Shown: positions 8,601 to 17,096 of the stretch, piece after piece
Layout: every line of letters begins with the position of its first letter
Position numbering within the stretch: position 1 is the stretch's first letter
The notes under the pieces: model-generated
Told to the model about the DNA's origin: nothing
What the model saw: the letters and a program-made list of their open reading frames with translations, nothing else
Databases searched by the model: none
Made by a program: the position numbers and the translations under genes
Source of the DNA: Cyanobacteriota bacterium
GTDB taxonomy: Bacteria; Cyanobacteriota; Cyanobacteriia; PCC-6307; Cyanobiaceae
Direction of reading: 5' to 3'
NCBI GenBank assembly: GCA_046340375.1
Contig: JBKDSZ010000019.1
Location: 318 to 64,317 of the forward strand
Length of the DNA: 64,000 bases

Positions 8601-8835
8601 GCAGCTCGATGCCTTTCTCGACCACAGCCGCCAGCGGCCGGAGCTGCGGGACCAGTTGCACGCCGGGGTGGATCTGGAGCGTTTTCTCGCCCTGGCCCGG
8701 GGGGCGGGCTTTGCCTTGGAGGAGGCGGACGTGATCGCCGCCCAGCGCCGGGCCGAAGACCAGCTCAGTGATGGCGAACTGCAGCGGCGCGCGGGGGAGG
8801 AAGCGCGGCGCCTGCGCCACTTCATCCCGGGTTGA
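8590..8835 (+). CDS. Nif11-domain small protein (Nif11-like leader-type N-terminus)
   Basis: VSLEQLDAFLDHSRQRPELRDQLHAG.VDLERFLALARGAGFALEEADVIAAQ...LSDGELQRRAG follows the Nif11 N-terminal domain pattern. The start is GTG 8590 or 8581. It overlaps the SRAP 3' end. Confidence 0.55.
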   Translation: MSLEQLDAFLDHSRQRPELRDQLHAGVDLERFLALARGAGFALEEADVIAAQRRAEDQLSDGELQRRAGEEARRLRHFIPG

Positions 8836-8842
8836 GCCGGCC

Positions 8843-9370
8843 ATGGTTGCTTCCCCGGATCCCGCCGCCTCCAGCTCCCCCCCCTGGCGCCTGGCCGATG
8901 GTCGAGAGCGGGTGGCCGCCTACCCGCGTCCTCCGGCGCTGGTGCCCGATGGGCGGCTGATCCGCGTGGAGGTCTTCGGCCGGGTGCTGGCGGAAACCCG
9001 CCATTCCCTTCGGGTGCTGGAGACCTTCCACCCGCCCACCTTCTATCTCCCGCCAGAGGCCTTCGACGCCTCCATGCTCCGGCCGGCGGCGGGCCGAAGT
9101 TTCTGCGAGTGGAAAGGGGTGGCCCGCTACAGCGATGTCGTGGCGCCCGACGGACGGGTGCTGGAGCGGGTGGCGTGGCACTACCCGGACCCTGCGGCGG
9201 CTTTTGCCCCCCTGGCCGGTTGGCTCGCCCTCCACGCGGGGCCGATGGAGGGGTGCTGGGTGGGGGGCGAGCGCGTGGTGCCCCAACGGGGGGGCTTCTA
9301 CGGGGGCTGGATCACCCCTGAGCTGGAAGGGCCCTTCAAGGGGGATCCAGCCCATCCGGAGCTGATCTGA
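8843..9370 (+). CDS. DUF427 domain protein
   Basis: FHPPTFYLPPEAFD...SFCEWKGVARYSDVV...VAWHYPDP...GFYGGWITPE shows the DUF427 pattern. ATG 8843 was chosen within ORF 8768..9370. Confidence 0.7.
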   Translation: MVASPDPAASSSPPWRLADGRERVAAYPRPPALVPDGRLIRVEVFGRVLAETRHSLRVLETFHPPTFYLPPEAFDASMLRPAAGRSFCEWKGVARYSDVVAPDGRVLERVAWHYPDPAAAFAPLAGWLALHAGPMEGCWVGGERVVPQRGGFYGGWITPELEGPFKGDPAHPELI

Positions 9371-9408
9371 GCCCCCTCAGGGATGGCGGACGCGGGCTGA
9401 TTCCCGCC

Positions 9409-10422
9409 TCAGGGCTTGGAGGCCAGCCGCCCCCCATGGCGAGCCAGGTGATCCGTCAGCTCCAGCAACAGCTCCTGGCGCAGGGCATGAAAGGCGTCCG
9501 CGTCCGTGCCCAGGCCACACTCCAGCCGCAGCAGCAGGGCGCCATCGGCGGCGCCGCTGAAGCCCACGCGCCGCGGCAGGTCGGCCCGCACCAGCGGATG
9601 GGTCTCCAGCCGCTCCCGCAGGACCGCGGCCATCGCCTCCGCTTCGCTCCGACCGGCCACCACCACCGGCACCTCCATCACGAGCCGGCGATGGGGGCGC
9701 CGGCTGCCATTCAGCACCGCCGACTGGGTGAAGAGTCCATTGGGCAAATAGAGCAATTCCCCGTCCGCCGTGCGCAGCTCGCTGCTGAACAGCCCGATCG
9801 ACTGCACCGTTCCCCCCAGCCGCTGCACGGGCAGCTCGATCTGATCGCCCACGGCGAAGGGGCGATTGACGTACAGCATCACGCCGCTGAGGAGGTTCTC
9901 CACCAGGGTGCGGGCCCCGAAGCCCAGGGCGGCCGCGCCGAGGCCGCTGGCGGTGAGGAGCACCGCAGCGGACACGCCCAGGAGCTTGAGCGCCGCCAGG
10001 CCGCCCAAAAGAGCCACCAGCCCCGTGACGGTCTTGTCGATCAAATCGAGGACGGAGGCCCGCTCCCGCTCACCGCGGCCCGGCCACCAGTCGTCCTCCC
10101 GGACCAGCCGGAGCAGGAGCGTGGTCTTCAGCCGCAGCAGGGTCCACATCACCCCGAGGGTGAGCAGAGCGTCCCGCACGCCCGCCGGATCGCTCGGCAG
10201 ATCCCAGCCCATGGCCTCCAGCCGCCCCTGCAACCAGCCCGTCCAGCCGGCCACCAGGAGGGTGAGCGCCAGGCTGAGGCGAGCGCGGCGCAGCAGCTGG
10301 GCGCCAAGGGAGCCCTTCGGCAGCTGGGAGGCCAAGAGATCCAGTCCCACCCAGGCCGCCGCCGCCAGCAGCGGCGTGGAGAGGGGGACGGGAAGCTGCA
10401 GGGGGCCGTCGAGGAGCCTCAT
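9409..10422 (-). CDS. Mechanosensitive ion channel (MscS family)
   Basis: TM segments are followed by LVENLLSGVMLYVNRPFAVGDQIELP...GTVQSIGLFSSELRTADGELLYLPNGLF. The start overlaps the ribD stop by 1 nt. Confidence 0.8.
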   Translation of the reverse strand: MRLLDGPLQLPVPLSTPLLAAAAWVGLDLLASQLPKGSLGAQLLRRARLSLALTLLVAGWTGWLQGRLEAMGWDLPSDPAGVRDALLTLGVMWTLLRLKTTLLLRLVREDDWWPGRGERERASVLDLIDKTVTGLVALLGGLAALKLLGVSAAVLLTASGLGAAALGFGARTLVENLLSGVMLYVNRPFAVGDQIELPVQRLGGTVQSIGLFSSELRTADGELLYLPNGLFTQSAVLNGSRRPHRRLVMEVPVVVAGRSEAEAMAAVLRERLETHPLVRADLPRRVGFSGAADGALLLRLECGLGTDADAFHALRQELLLELTDHLARHGGRLASKP

Positions 10423-11564
10423 CAGGGTCGGGGAGAGGCGGGCGGCTCGCCCAGCGCGGCGCTCCAGAGGAGGTCACCCCCCAGCCAGGCCAGGGTCGGA
10501 GCCGTCAGGGGCCAGGTTTCTGCCAGGCTGCGGGCCTCCAGGAGGCCCAGGGGCGTGCGGACCGGGTGGCCGCCCAACAGGCGCGGGGCGATCACCGCCG
10601 CCACCTCCTGAACGCACCCCTCCTGAACCGCGGCGGCCGCCAGGCTGGGCCCGCATTCCCAGAGCACCTGGTTGCAGCCCCGCGCCGCCAGGGCCTCCAG
10701 GAGGGAGCGGGGAGCGCAGCGCTCCAGGGGGAGCCGGGGCACGCCGAGGCCATCCAGGCGCTGGCAGGCCGCCGAGTCGGCCTCCGGCCCATGGGCCACG
10801 AGAACGGGCGCCACCTCCCGCCGCCAGAGCCGGGCGTCGGGGGGCAGGTCGAGGGTGCGGCTGAGCACCACCCGCAGGGGTTCCGGATCGCGCTTTCCCC
10901 GGCTGGTGAGCAGGGGGTCGTCGGCCCGCACGGTGCCGCCCCCCACGATCACCGCATCACAGCGGGCCCGCAACCCATGGACCCAGTCGCGGGCGGGGGG
11001 GGCGCTGATCCACTGGCTCACGCCGTTGGGCAGCGCCGTGCGGCCATCCAGGCTCATGGCCCACTTGAACACCCCCAGGGGCCGGCCCTGACGGCAGCGG
11101 TGAAGGAAGGCCCGGTTCTGGACCGCCGCCGCCGCCCGCCCCACACCCTCCACCACCTCCAGCCCCGCCGCCCGCAGCCGGGCCAGGCCTTGCCCCCCCA
11201 CCCGCAGATCGGGATCGGTGAGGGCCACCACCACCCGCGCCAGCCCCGCCGCGATCACCGCGTCGCAGCAGGGGGGCGTGCGGCCGTGGTGGCAGCAGGG
11301 CTCCAGGGTCACCACCAGGGTGCCGCCCCGGGCCCGTTCGCCCGCCTGCCGCAGGGCGCCCACCTCCGCATGGGGTTCCCCGGCCCGGGCATGGAAGCCC
11401 TCCCCCACCAGCCGTCCGCCGGGATCCAGCACCACGGCGCCCACCAGGGGGTTGGGGCTGGTGCGGCCCTCGCCAAGGCGGGCCAGCTCCAGCGCCCGCT
11501 CCATCCACCCGGTCCAGGCTGTGGCCCCGGCACCACGCGGCGGGTCGCATCGGTCCGCCGTCAA
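10422..11564 (-). CDS. ribD: Bifunctional riboflavin biosynthesis protein RibD (deaminase/reductase)
   Basis: WMERALELARLGEGRTSPNPLVGAVVLD...HAEVGAL...TLEPCCHHGRTPPC is a CMP/dCMP deaminase zinc site, followed by a reductase C-terminal half. The start is uncertain: TTG 11564 (TTGA overlap with the upstream stop), ATG 11603 or ATG 11504. Confidence 0.85.
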   Translation of the reverse strand: MTADRCDPPRGAGATAWTGWMERALELARLGEGRTSPNPLVGAVVLDPGGRLVGEGFHARAGEPHAEVGALRQAGERARGGTLVVTLEPCCHHGRTPPCCDAVIAAGLARVVVALTDPDLRVGGQGLARLRAAGLEVVEGVGRAAAAVQNRAFLHRCRQGRPLGVFKWAMSLDGRTALPNGVSQWISAPPARDWVHGLRARCDAVIVGGGTVRADDPLLTSRGKRDPEPLRVVLSRTLDLPPDARLWRREVAPVLVAHGPEADSAACQRLDGLGVPRLPLERCAPRSLLEALAARGCNQVLWECGPSLAAAAVQEGCVQEVAAVIAPRLLGGHPVRTPLGLLEARSLAETWPLTAPTLAWLGGDLLWSAALGEPPASPRP

Positions 11565-12313
11565 GGCGCGACCTCCTCCCGCCAATCCGGCAACCGCCGC
11601 CATTCCGCCACCACATAGGGCGGCACGGGCAGTTCCGTGAACACGCCAGGCAGTTCGAGGCGCAGGGGACGATTGTTGGTCAGATCCGCCAGGAGGGGGG
11701 CCAGGTCGAATTCCGCCGCCGCGTCACGGCCATCGTTCACAAGCTTGGGGCTCGCCAGGGTGATGTCCGCCAACTCCCAGAGCCGGCGGCCGCCCGTCAC
11801 CAGGAGGGGGGTGGGGTGATCCAGCCGCACCCGTCCCGGATAGCCCACAACCCGCAGTCGCAACGCCCCCCCCACCGGCCCCTCCCGATAGGCCACCACC
11901 TGCCAGCTGCGGTAGTCGAGATCCCGAAGGGTTTCCAGGCTGCGCACCACCCCCGTGGCCGTGGAGGTGTCGGGGTGGGCATGGATCATGGCCGACGCCG
12001 GCGCGGGCCCCAGGGGGGCGGGCCCCACCGCCCAGAGGAGAACCACCGCCAGGGCGAGGAGGATGGGGCGGCCCAGCAAAAGCGCGCGGCCAAACAGAGG
12101 GCGCAGAGCCTGGCGCCAGGGAGGGACTTTTCCCCTGGCCGTCAGAGATGGGATTCGTGGGAGGACGGTCCCGCTGATGGAGCTCGTTGGCCGCAGCCTC
12201 GCCGGCCATCGCGGCCCTGGCAGCCTCGGCCCTGGCAGCCTCGGCCCTGGCAGCTTCGGCCCTGGCGATGACAACCCTGGCAACAATGGACTGCGCAAAG
12301 ACGTCCCGGGCAA
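11561..12313 (-). CDS. Cyanobacterial conserved secreted protein (DUF3122-like)
   Basis: A hydrophobic signal-like segment ends in ASA. It is followed by HPDTSTATGVVRSLETLRDLDYRSWQVVAYRE...GRVRLDHPTPLLV, which I associate with DUF3122. The N-terminal PGPRL repeats may lie upstream of the true start. Confidence 0.45.
   Translation of the reverse strand: MPGTSLRSPLLPGLSSPGPKLPGPRLPGPRLPGPRWPARLRPTSSISGTVLPRIPSLTARGKVPPWRQALRPLFGRALLLGRPILLALAVVLLWAVGPAPLGPAPASAMIHAHPDTSTATGVVRSLETLRDLDYRSWQVVAYREGPVGGALRLRVVGYPGRVRLDHPTPLLVTGGRRLWELADITLASPKLVNDGRDAAAEFDLAPLLADLTNNRPLRLELPGVFTELPVPPYVVAEWRRLPDWREEVAP
12213..12266. repeat. Tandem repeat, 15-nt unit GGCCCTGGCAGCCTC, about 3.6 copies
   Basis: Read directly. 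Copy 3 has one substitution (CTTC). On the minus strand it encodes PGPKLPGPRLPGPRLPGPR. Confidence 0.85.
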
Positions 12314-12375
12314 AGCAGAGACTGTGCCACAGGGAGCCTGGCACCGGCGGGCCAGGCCCCCCTGTCCCCATGGCC

Positions 12376-12411
12376 GCCCCCTTCAGACCTGTCGCCCCCT
12401 TCAGACCTGTC
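12376..12411. repeat. Perfect tandem duplication of 18 nt (GCCCCCTTCAGACCTGTC x2) spanning the GH116 stop codon
   Basis: Copies at 12376-12393 and 12394-12411 are identical and are followed by a partial third copy (GCCCC). Confidence 0.9.
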
Positions 12412-14902
12412 GCCCCGCCCCCGGAATGGGCTCCCAGCCGGTGTGGGTCGCCCAGAGGGCCCAGATCGCCATGGGGCGCAGATAGTGGCAGGCGCGGAAG
12501 GTGCGCGCGGCGGTGATGGCTTCGGGGGTGCGGAACTGCAGCCCGCCGCTGTAGACCTGCTCCACCACGGCAGCGGTGATCGCCAGGGCTGTCGCGGTGT
12601 CACCCATCAGGCGGTAATAGGCGGCCAGGCCGAAGTTGATGCCGGTCCACACCTCCAGGGGGTGGGTGCCGTTGGGATCCAGTGGGGTGCCATCGCGACG
12701 CAGGCCGTTGGCCACCCCCAACCGGCCCCCCTCGAAGCCCTCAAAGCAGGCTTCCCGGATCGCCCGCAGAGCCGAATGGGCCCGCTCATCCGCCACCACC
12801 GGCGGCAGCCCCAGCAGCCGCGCATAGAAATCGCCGCAGAGTTGATCCGCCATCACCACCGGCGTGCCGCTCTCCGCATCAATGGCGTAATACTCCCCGT
12901 TCCAGAGCAGCCGATCAAAGTTCGCCCTCGATTGCCCCAGCCAGAGACCGAACTCCCGCTGCTCCTCCGTCGTCTCCAGCCCCAGCTCGAGCTGCAGCCG
13001 CTGCCCCATCGCCAGGGCCGCCTCCAGCGCCGCGATCCAGAGGGCGCCGCAGTAGGCGCTCACCCCCTTCAGGGGCCAGTCGTCAAAGGTCTGATCCGGG
13101 GCGCCACCGTTGTCGGGCAGGCCGTCCTGATTGGCGTCAAAGTCCTTCAGATACCGCAGGGCCCGCACCGCCGCCGGCCAGCACTGGGCCAGGAAGGTGA
13201 TGTCCTCGCCGCTGGGCGCGAGCTGGAACGTGCGCCACACCTGCAGCACGAAATCGCTTGGCAGATCCTTCCAGAGATTGCAATCCTGGTAGGCCGTGTA
13301 GTTGGTGGCGTCAAAAGGCCGCTCGTTGGGGGCCCCCAGGTCGTGGGGCGTGGCGCCGGCCACCTTGCGCGGCGCCTCCACCCGTCCCTTGCCCTGGGTG
13401 AAATACCAGCCGATCGGCCGCGGCGTGGGGTCAGCGGCGGGGATGGCCCGGGCGAAAGCGCGCAACACCGCCTTGTCGAGTTCGGGCCAGAGCTGCAGCA
13501 AGGCGAAGGAGCCGTAGAGCCGCACATCCAGGCTTTCGTACCAGGCGTAATCCAGGCATTCCAAGACGCCGAAGCGGCCTACGGGATCCTCGGGGGTGGC
13601 GGCGGTCCAGAGCGTGCCGCCGCTCACCAGGTCGTAGAGCTCATTGCAGAGGGCCATCCGCAGCGCCTCCGGCAGGTCCTTCCGCCCCAGCACGGGCGCC
13701 TGCCAGGCCGCGATCGCGTCCCGCCAGCTCCGCCAATCGCGCAGCGCCTCCGCTGCGATCGCCACAGATTGATCTCCCGTGGCGCCGAAGACGTCGGTGT
13801 AGCGGCGCAGGGCCTGGCAGCCCGTGGCGAAGGCCGTCACTGGCAGATCCCAGGCCAGCACCACCGGAATCTCCACGCTCTGGCCCGGCTCCAGGCGGCA
13901 GCGCACAGCCAGGGCGGCGCTGGCCGGATCGTCACGCCCGCTGCGGCGATCATTGGCGCTCTCCGGCACGGCGCCCTCCCGCGCGAAGGGCGCCCAGATC
14001 TCCTCCCCGCTCCCGGCAGGGTTCCAACGGGCGCAGCGAAAAATCTCGACCCTCGCGTCAGCGACGGCCCCCTCCTCCGGCACCGCCAGGCACCACTGCC
14101 CATCCCCCTCCGCCGGCGCCACCCCCGGGGCGCGCTCGGCGCCTTCCAGCACCACGCCTTTGAGGCCGGGCTGATCCACCAACCGTTGGCGCTGGCCCTC
14201 CGTGCGACCGATGGCGGGCGCGTAGGTGTGCTCTGGACTGCCGTCATCCCGGAAATGCACCGTCGCGGAGGGATCGGTGTTGGTGAACCAGCCACAGGTG
14301 TTGCGCCAGCTGGTCAGCAGCGACACGGTGAGCGGAGCGGCGGTGGGATTGCGCAGGGTCCAGACGAACACCGCCACCGGATAGCTGCTGCGCTCGTAGT
14401 CGCCGGGGAGGATGGGGCTGAAGGCCTCGCCGCTTGCCTCCGCCGCAAACACGCCAGTGATCTGGGTGCGGCTGAGGGGAAAGCGGGCGGAATAGGTGCC
14501 GCTGCCCGCCGGCAACCACTGCCAGGCCGCCAGGGGGGCTTCCGCCCCCGGGCGGCTGTCGTCCCGCGTCGGCGCTGTGGCCAACGCCCGGGCCTGGCTC
14601 CCCGTCTCGTTCGCCTCAAACAGGGCGAACTGGCAATCGGGCACCACCCCGAACCAGTGCTCCCCCCCGTCGAGGTGCCACAGATTGAAGGTCCCGTCCG
14701 GTGCCCGGCCGATGCAGCCCGCCCCGAGCCCCCCCAGGGGCATGCCGTGGTTGGGCCCATCATCCAGATTGCTCGCGTAGCGCACGGTGTAAGGGTTGTC
14801 CCAACCACCGCCCAGGGGATGACGCCAGCTGGCCGGGAGCGAAGCCGAAGCCGCAGCAGACGGGCTGGAGAACCGACTCGGGCGAGGCAGGCCGAAGGGC
14901 AT
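12401..14902 (-). CDS. GH116-family beta-glucosidase (GBA2-type non-lysosomal glucosylceramidase homologue)
   Basis: 833 aa. The N-terminal GMPLGGLGAGCIGRAPDGTFNLWHLDGGEHW and the overall length are typical of GBA2/GH116 proteins. Confidence 0.75.
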   Translation of the reverse strand: MPFGLPRPSRFSSPSAAASASLPASWRHPLGGGWDNPYTVRYASNLDDGPNHGMPLGGLGAGCIGRAPDGTFNLWHLDGGEHWFGVVPDCQFALFEANETGSQARALATAPTRDDSRPGAEAPLAAWQWLPAGSGTYSARFPLSRTQITGVFAAEASGEAFSPILPGDYERSSYPVAVFVWTLRNPTAAPLTVSLLTSWRNTCGWFTNTDPSATVHFRDDGSPEHTYAPAIGRTEGQRQRLVDQPGLKGVVLEGAERAPGVAPAEGDGQWCLAVPEEGAVADARVEIFRCARWNPAGSGEEIWAPFAREGAVPESANDRRSGRDDPASAALAVRCRLEPGQSVEIPVVLAWDLPVTAFATGCQALRRYTDVFGATGDQSVAIAAEALRDWRSWRDAIAAWQAPVLGRKDLPEALRMALCNELYDLVSGGTLWTAATPEDPVGRFGVLECLDYAWYESLDVRLYGSFALLQLWPELDKAVLRAFARAIPAADPTPRPIGWYFTQGKGRVEAPRKVAGATPHDLGAPNERPFDATNYTAYQDCNLWKDLPSDFVLQVWRTFQLAPSGEDITFLAQCWPAAVRALRYLKDFDANQDGLPDNGGAPDQTFDDWPLKGVSAYCGALWIAALEAALAMGQRLQLELGLETTEEQREFGLWLGQSRANFDRLLWNGEYYAIDAESGTPVVMADQLCGDFYARLLGLPPVVADERAHSALRAIREACFEGFEGGRLGVANGLRRDGTPLDPNGTHPLEVWTGINFGLAAYYRLMGDTATALAITAAVVEQVYSGGLQFRTPEAITAARTFRACHYLRPMAIWALWATHTGWEPIPGAGRQV

Positions 14903-15017
14903 GGCCTTGGATGACAGTCCGGCTCAGCATGTCAGATCCGGGGGTTTGACCCCTCTCCTCCAGGGCCATGGCGCCGGCGGAACTCCACTTTCGGCCACCT
15001 AAGCTTTCCAACCACGG

Positions 15018-17096
15018 TTGGGTCAGGCTCAAGTGCTGAATCACGCGGATGAAGCGAAAGCTTTGTCCCACCATTCCCCCGCCTACAGACCAGAGATTGA
15101 TGGCCTGAGAGCTGTGGCTGTGCTGGCGGTTCTCATCACGCACATCCATCCCCCCGGGTTGCCGGGAGGCTTTCTAGGCGTGGATCTCTTTTTTGTGATC
15201 TCGGGCTACGTGGTCACAGCATCAATCGCTCGTCGCCAGGAGACCAATGTCAAGACAATGCTGGCTGGTTTTTACACCAGACGCTTTCGACGTTTGCTTC
15301 CAGCCTTGCTCTTGATGGTGGCGGTCACCTCCATCCTCTTCAGTGCTTTTGTCTCCCGCGCGGATGACATCCACAGCCAGTCCATACGCACAGGATTGGC
15401 AGCTCTTTTCGGTGTTTCCAATTTTTATCTGCTGAAACAGGGAAGTAATTATTTTGATTTTGGCACCCAATACAATCCCTTTCTGCACACATGGTCCCTG
15501 GGCGTCGAAGAACAGTTTTACCTGATCTGGCCACTTCTCGTGCTCCTCTCCGGAGTGGGTTTCAAAGGCAGCACCAAGCGATCCCTCTTCGCGCTGTTGT
15601 TCTCGACCATCGTTTTAGCGACTCTTTCCCTGGCCTTTTACGTCTATCTATCAACCCATGCTGCGTTGTCTGCGGCCTTTTATCTCATGCCGGCAAGGTT
15701 TTGGGAGCTTTCGGCTGGCGCGATTGTCTTCCTGGCTCAACGATGTCTGTCCAGCGCGTCTCCCCAAAGACAAGCCCGGGGCTTCCAATCCCTCCTCCAA
15801 TGGGGATCGATCGCCGTCCTTCTGGCGGGATTCCTTTTTGCCTCAGAGCCAGCCACGCTCTTCAAGCCAGTCTTTGTCGCCGCCACGGCCGGCTTGCTGG
15901 CTGGACTCCGCGGCCAGAGTGCAGCCGGCCGTCTCCTGAGCCAGCCTCCCCTGCTCGCCCTGGGGATCTCCTCCTATTCCCTGTATCTCTGGCATTGGCC
16001 CTTGATTGTTCTGCTCCGCTGGACCCTGGGCCTCCACGCCCAGACCCTCATCCCCCTCCTCGCCGCCATCGCCCTGGCCACGACACTCTCGTTTGGCGTG
16101 GAAACAAGATTCCGCTTTGGCTCCAGCGGCAGCAGAGGGCTTCAACGCCCCTTGCTCCTCTATCCCCTGGCCTCCTTCCTGACGGCTGGTTTTATTTACG
16201 CTTCAACAACACTCCTATCGGAAAAGCTCTATCTTGGCAAGCCTTCCATGGATCCCCAGAACTTTTCCATGCGCCGCTCCGTGCGCGGGACGGGCATCAG
16301 CACCCATCGCTGCTTCCTCGAGCCGACCGCACCAGCCATGGCAAGTCAAGGGTCGCTGGACTGCCTGGCCCGGACGAGACGACAACGGCCGACCATCTTT
16401 CTCGAAGGGGACAGCATTTCACATTCCATGCTTCCTTTACTGGAATCCCTCCATGCCTCCGGGGAATACAACGTCAGCTTCTTTGGCCGCGGTGGTTGTG
16501 CCATGCCCTATTTTGAACCGTGGGCCGGCGATCGACACCTTCTGCCGCGCTACCAGAGCTGCCGACAACATGCGCAACTCAGGCAAAACTTTATCCGCTC
16601 CCACATCCTCCCGGGAGATCGCTTGCTGCTGGTGACGAACACCTACGTGCTGGGGCCAGCCTCCGAAGCCGCCTATGCGGCGGCCCTCTCCAAACTGGCC
16701 GAAACGCTCCAACGCAAACGGGCTGAACTGATCCTGTTCACCCCCCTGCCCGCTTTCGACAAGCGGGCGGAGATCAAGGCTCCCTTGAGTCTCTGTTTCC
16801 TTGATTGGTTCCGACCGGCCGATGCGCTGTCCTCCGAGTGCCAACCGTTCAAGGTGAGCAGAGAAACGTTGCTGAAGAGCAATCAATCCGTGCGCAGTCT
16901 CCAGCTTCGCTTGAAACAACAGCACAGCAACATTCACATCTTTGATCCCTTCCCCATCCTCTGTCCCGCCAGCTGGACGTCCTGCTCCACCCATGATCAG
17001 GGCGTGATGCTCTTCAACGATGGCATCCACCTCACCGACGCGGGAGCCAGAAGACTGGCGCCCGCCTTCCAGGCTTTTCTCCAGGGACGCGACTGA
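15018..17096 (+). CDS. Acyltransferase-3 family membrane O-acyltransferase with C-terminal SGNH domain (OafA/YrhL type)
   Basis: RPEIDGLRAVAVLAVLITHI...GVDLFFVISGYV is followed by about 10 TM segments and a soluble C-terminal domain. The start is TTG 15018 or GTG 15030. G+C is visibly lower than in the neighbours. Confidence 0.8.
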   Translation: MGQAQVLNHADEAKALSHHSPAYRPEIDGLRAVAVLAVLITHIHPPGLPGGFLGVDLFFVISGYVVTASIARRQETNVKTMLAGFYTRRFRRLLPALLLMVAVTSILFSAFVSRADDIHSQSIRTGLAALFGVSNFYLLKQGSNYFDFGTQYNPFLHTWSLGVEEQFYLIWPLLVLLSGVGFKGSTKRSLFALLFSTIVLATLSLAFYVYLSTHAALSAAFYLMPARFWELSAGAIVFLAQRCLSSASPQRQARGFQSLLQWGSIAVLLAGFLFASEPATLFKPVFVAATAGLLAGLRGQSAAGRLLSQPPLLALGISSYSLYLWHWPLIVLLRWTLGLHAQTLIPLLAAIALATTLSFGVETRFRFGSSGSRGLQRPLLLYPLASFLTAGFIYASTTLLSEKLYLGKPSMDPQNFSMRRSVRGTGISTHRCFLEPTAPAMASQGSLDCLARTRRQRPTIFLEGDSISHSMLPLLESLHASGEYNVSFFGRGGCAMPYFEPWAGDRHLLPRYQSCRQHAQLRQNFIRSHILPGDRLLLVTNTYVLGPASEAAYAAALSKLAETLQRKRAELILFTPLPAFDKRAEIKAPLSLCFLDWFRPADALSSECQPFKVSRETLLKSNQSVRSLQLRLKQQHSNIHIFDPFPILCPASWTSCSTHDQGVMLFNDGIHLTDAGARRLAPAFQAFLQGRD

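Noticed and set aside
12213-12266. Short tandem repeats as a possible CRISPR array
   Set aside because: The units are 15 nt and directly abutting, with no spacers. This is simple slippage-type tandem duplication.
12443-14914. 823-aa plus-strand ORF
   Set aside because: It is antisense to the GH116 gene and the translation is low-complexity. It is a shadow ORF.
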